A stretch of 64,000 nucleotides of DNA, taken from the NCBI RefSeq assembly GCF_963921235.1, contig NC_086109.1, positions 19,904,001-19,968,000 on the forward strand. The letters run 5' to 3'. Below, piece by piece: positions 59,911 to 64,000 of the stretch; within the stretch, counting starts at the first letter, position 1, and every line of letters begins with the position of its first letter. The DNA comes from Mobula hypostoma. Its lineage: Eukaryota. A program made the position numbers and the translations under genes. Below the pieces are notes generated by a model, which saw only the letters and a list, made by a program, of their open reading frames with translations, was not told the origin of the DNA and searched no databases.

Positions 59911-61213
59911 CTTTGTCTACCTTCCATGGTATCCATAACTCCAGTTATCAGAGTTTTACCGAATATTCACTGGCAAAGTTTCACACTCGTATACTGACAC
60001 ATTCAAATATGCATACGCTGGTAAACCTACGTAGAGAGTTGGTGGGGAATGTTGGAAGGGATCCACCTGGGAGTTCAGATCCAGCTTCACTTATCTGTAC
60101 ATTTGAAACATACCGTGAAATACATCGTTTGTGTTAACAACCAACATGACCCAAGGATGTGCTGGGGCCAGTTTGCAAGTGTGGCCACATATTCTGGCAC
60201 CAACATGGCATGCCCACAACATTCAGCAGAACAAGCGGCAACAACAGAACAACAACAACAAAACAACAACAGCAGCAAAACAAGCCCCTTTTCCTCCTTC
60301 ACACACACGGACAGTACTCCAGTCCCAGGACAGGCCACCTCTGGGCCTTCAGCTTCCAGTGGACTCTTTGACTCCCAGACCCAGGGTATTGGCATGATTA
60401 CTTCAATCCTTGACCTTCAGGCATTGATTTTTGGTGCTGACCCTAACTCCAGGCCTTGAAATCCAGACCGACCGTTTCACCAATTTAGGGAATCACAGAC
60501 TCTCATGCCTCCTGCCCTCAAAAACTTCCAATCCCAGGACCCATCGACCTTGGGGGGCCAGCAAACCTTGCCCTCACTGGTCTTCGTCCACAGCATTGCC
60601 AACCCAAACCTCGTGCACAGATGTCCTTTGACACATATCCACATTACTGGCCATTGAAAGCAGAACATCGAGCAGGGAGCAGAGGCCTAGACTCCGCTCT
60701 GACTTCTAAATCCTGCATGCCTGTCTCTAAACTCCACCCTGACCCCTAACTCCCTTCTCTGTCCCCAAAACCATCCCCACGAACCTTAAAACAACTAAAC
60801 CTGTGCCACGACCTCGACAGAGACAAGAGTTCAGCACCATCTTGACCAGAAGGATATTAGAAATGAAAGAAAATGTACACTCCTATTATTCCTGGATCCA
60901 TTATGTTTAAAAAAAATCGAATTCCCCTTTGCAGCTTTTTCTAGGAGAGATTCTCCTTCTCCTATTTAGCTTAGCCTGGTGGCAAAACTGTGTCAGATTC
61001 AGCATATAGATTTGAACGGAAGCTGCATTTGATCCCAAAGATATTAATAGGACTGTCCATAAATACATTCCACTGGCTTTGGATTGATGATGGCTCACAA
61101 GAGGTGAAGGAAGTCATAGGCATTTCTGTTACGGTGGCTTTCTTCCAACTAAGTAAATTGGGCAAATTTCTCCACCAAATGTCTCTTTCCACCGAAGTCT
61201 TCGGGAGCGGCGT

Positions 61214-61252
61214 TCAAATTGAAATGAGACCTTCGGAAGCTCTTCTAAAGAC
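61214..61252 (-). CDS. Possible terminal coding exon of the same unidentified gene (VFRRASEGLISI*)
   Basis: Acceptor cttgtcacacag|GTC, phase-compatible with the 63291-63367 candidate. An alternative frame gives a 40-aa end with a stop at 61129. Unique sequence follows as a possible 3' UTR. Confidence 0.25.
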   Translation of the reverse strand, partial: VFRRASEGLISI

Positions 61253-62749
61253 CTGTGTGACAAGTGCATTAACTGCTCTAGAATTCAGGAGGAAAAGAGA
61301 GTCTCTGTTAACTGAAGACCAGGTTGTGAAATGTATATTTGATTTCTAAGATCGCTTTCCCATAGCTCAAATATCTGATGAAGACCAGAAAATGTAATCA
61401 TATCTCCGGATTTAATGTGAGTTTTGACATGGTATTTCTTTATTTCCAAAAATGCACAATAAAGAGCATGTGTTTTTAATTTAATGCTCTTGCAAGCTTT
61501 CAATGCATTAACTTGGCTTGGTGGATAGAACTCTGCAGAACATGGAGAGAAGTCCACTCCTTCTAACCGGCTGATCTATGCCTTAACTCCACTGACCGGG
61601 GCTGGTCTGTTGTGTGTAGTTGGAGCTTTCAGAATCAGAGCATGAGCTAACCATACAATAATCCAACAGAGATGCCAACAGGGGAGGGCCATTTGTCTCA
61701 TGGTGGGTTGACAAGACCAATTAAAACTAATCCTATCTTCCTCTCCCTTAAATTTATGTCTATCTCTGACTGCTCTAATCACTCCCTGTGGCAAGAAAAC
61801 TACATAAAAAAGCTTCCCTTAAACGCTCACTCCTCTCTTAATGGCCATTTGGAAAACAGTAATAAGCTCCCTAGTAGAAAAATCAATATTTCCCTCTTCC
61901 CTTTACACCATAAGAGATAGGATTAGAATGAGATCATTTGGCCCATCGGGTCTGCTCTACATTCAATCATAGCTGATTATTTTAAATTTCCAATCTCCTG
62001 TGTGTTCCCCCCATGACCTTTCCTTATGAACCTCCTCTGGACCCTTGCCAGAGCCAGCACATCTGTCCTCAGATGGAGGCCCAAAATGCAGTCTGATCAA
62101 TGCCTTTTAAAGACCCAGCGGTATATCCTTGTTTTTATGTTCTTGTCCTAGTGCCATTTTAAATCAATAAAACTGTTAACCCTTCACTTAAAATGCAGTT
62201 ACATCTGCAGATCTAACATGATCTTTGACATGGAAATATTTCTTTATTTCCAAGAATAAAAAAAATAGCAAACTTGTGTTTTTAGCTTGATGTTCTTGCA
62301 ACGTAAGATCTCAAAGTTGTAACTGTGTGGTAGAACTACCCCAACCCTATCACGGACTATTTTTTTTTCTCTTTCCCTCCCTTTCTCCACTTCTCTGCAT
62401 CTTAAAACCTTTCTCCATTCTGATCAGGGTTGTCAGCCTGAAACGTTACCCCTGTTTCCCTCTCCACAGATACTGACTGACCTGTGGAGCATTTCTGCTA
62501 TACTCCTCATATATCGTCAGATTTCCAGCATTTGGTCTCACGTCCCAGTGTGTAAATGTTTCCACCTCATTTTGGAGGAGACATTCCACCTGCTGACCCT
62601 CAGGTCACTGGGCTGGAGAACAACAAAGAGGTTATTCGCTAGTCAGCTCATTGCCATTTTATTGCACAAGCTCAGTGCTCTTTTTGAGATATAGTAGGCT
62701 CTGCATGCAAGAGGACTACATTTGCACAGGAGTGACAGTGGCTCAGAAG

Positions 62750-63150
62750 AATGGGGGTACCTAGAAGAATAAGTGGACTTTCATTAAAACCTATTAAATA
62801 TTGAAAAGCCTAGATGAAGTGGACATGGAGACAATGTTTCCTACAGCTAGGGAGTCTAGTACCAGAGGTCACAACCTCTGAGTGGAAGGATGACCCCTTA
62901 GAACAGAGGCGAAGAGGAATTTCTTTAGCCAGAGGGTGGTGAATCTGTGGAATTCACTACCACAGGTGGATGTGGAGTCCAAGTCATTGGATATTTTAAA
63001 TCAGAGGTTGAAAGGTTCTTGATTCGCAAGAGCATCAGAGAATAGGGGGCGAAGGCAGGAGAATAGGGTTGAATATACCATGATAGAATGCAGAACAGAC
63101 TCAATGGGCTGAATGGCCTACTTCTGCTCCTATGTCTTATGGTCGTATAA
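62750..63150 (+). mobile_element. CR1 3' end
   Basis: RNFFSQRVVNLWNSLP motif and a 3' UTR ending CCTATGTCTTATGGTC. Confidence 0.85.
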
Positions 63151-63290
63151 TCTGTTCAGTGTGAGAGGGAATGCAATGAAGGGTGGTAAAATTTTAACCT
63201 GTGCTTTCTTGGTTGCAGTGGATACTGAGCCTGTCGATTCTAAATGAATTCACATACTCTTTTCAACCACAAGGACTAAATTTGACTGAC

Positions 63291-63367
63291 ATCATTCGAG
63301 GAGCTGAGCTCCTCTGTCTTGAAGGAGTTCAGCTGGAGCCTGCTGATGATATGGTGGTGGGGGATCT
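63291..63367 (-). CDS. Possible internal coding exon of an unidentified gene (IPHHHIISRLQLNSFKTEELSSSND)
   Basis: Minus-strand acceptor ctctcctccaccctag| and donor GAT|GTCAGT; only one frame is open across it; non-repeat sequence. No homology recognised. Confidence 0.3.
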
Positions 63368-64000
63368 CTAGGGTGGAGGAGAGCCGCTGTCACCATCTGC
63401 CGGCCCTCTCTTTCTATGCCTACCGTCCCTCTCGATGCCATGATATCTTTTACATCCCCCTAGAGGTCTTATCTAAAAGGCAGCACCTCAGAATGAGTGG
63501 CACTCACTCCGCTCAGCACTGCAAGAGACATCCTAAATTTCAAGCATTTCCAGCCCAATGCTCTTCTATGGCCAGGACATTAGCTCACTCAAAGCAAGGC
63601 TGGGAGAACTTACTCGCTCTCTGTTGACGAATGTGGAAGGCCATGTTAATCATTCGTCATTGCACAAAAACTATTTATAGCTCCCCTTGATTTATTGAAC
63701 CAAGCACATGAGTCAAATAAATTGATTCAGTTTGTCACAACCGAGCTTTATAAAGCCACATCAAAACAGATAATGTGTTTTAATTTATATCTGACTGCCT
63801 TGTGTATGTCATCTCTGAATGGAAAAATTATACCTGATAAGTGCTTTTGTGGTTATCTTTGGAACCTTTGTGAACTCATAGCAGGCAAGCAGGAAACAAT
63901 TTGGCTTGCATTTGAACCACTAAACGCGACAGTGTGAAGGGAAGGTATTCAGCATTGTGCCTGTGTTAAGTCTTTGAAAGGGCTCTCCAATGGGATCCAC

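Noticed and set aside
1..64000. Exons of the expected syntenic neighbours DDX20 and RAP1A
   Set aside because: I recognised no DEAD-box or Ras-family peptide by eye; short exons could have been missed.

Overview
Eukaryotic, repeat-rich vertebrate DNA. The repeat complement (CR1, Rex1/Babar-type, Penelope, L1/Tx1, RTE-related and tRNA-derived retroposons, Tc1/mariner relics) points to a cartilaginous fish, probably a ray; this is an inference. One protein-coding gene is well supported: INKA2 (FAM212B, PAK4 inhibitor) on the + strand, with a 36-nt first coding exon (18876-18911) missed by the ORF track and a large second exon (22428-23465). Two possible 3'-terminal exons of an unidentified minus-strand gene lie near the window end (low confidence). 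Nearly all other ORFs in the track are transposon fragments or noise. The most interesting signals are: Penelope-derived palindromic mini-elements with target-site duplications that carry minimal hammerhead ribozymes on both strands; a diverged ~345-bp duplication of the INKA2 upstream region; a 13-copy 57-bp minisatellite born from LINE coding sequence; a NAGNAG acceptor and a possible alternative first exon in INKA2; and a young CR1 insertion just behind the INKA2 stop codon. Family assignments come from recalled motifs, not database searches. Most repeat boundaries are approximate unless a TSD fixes them.
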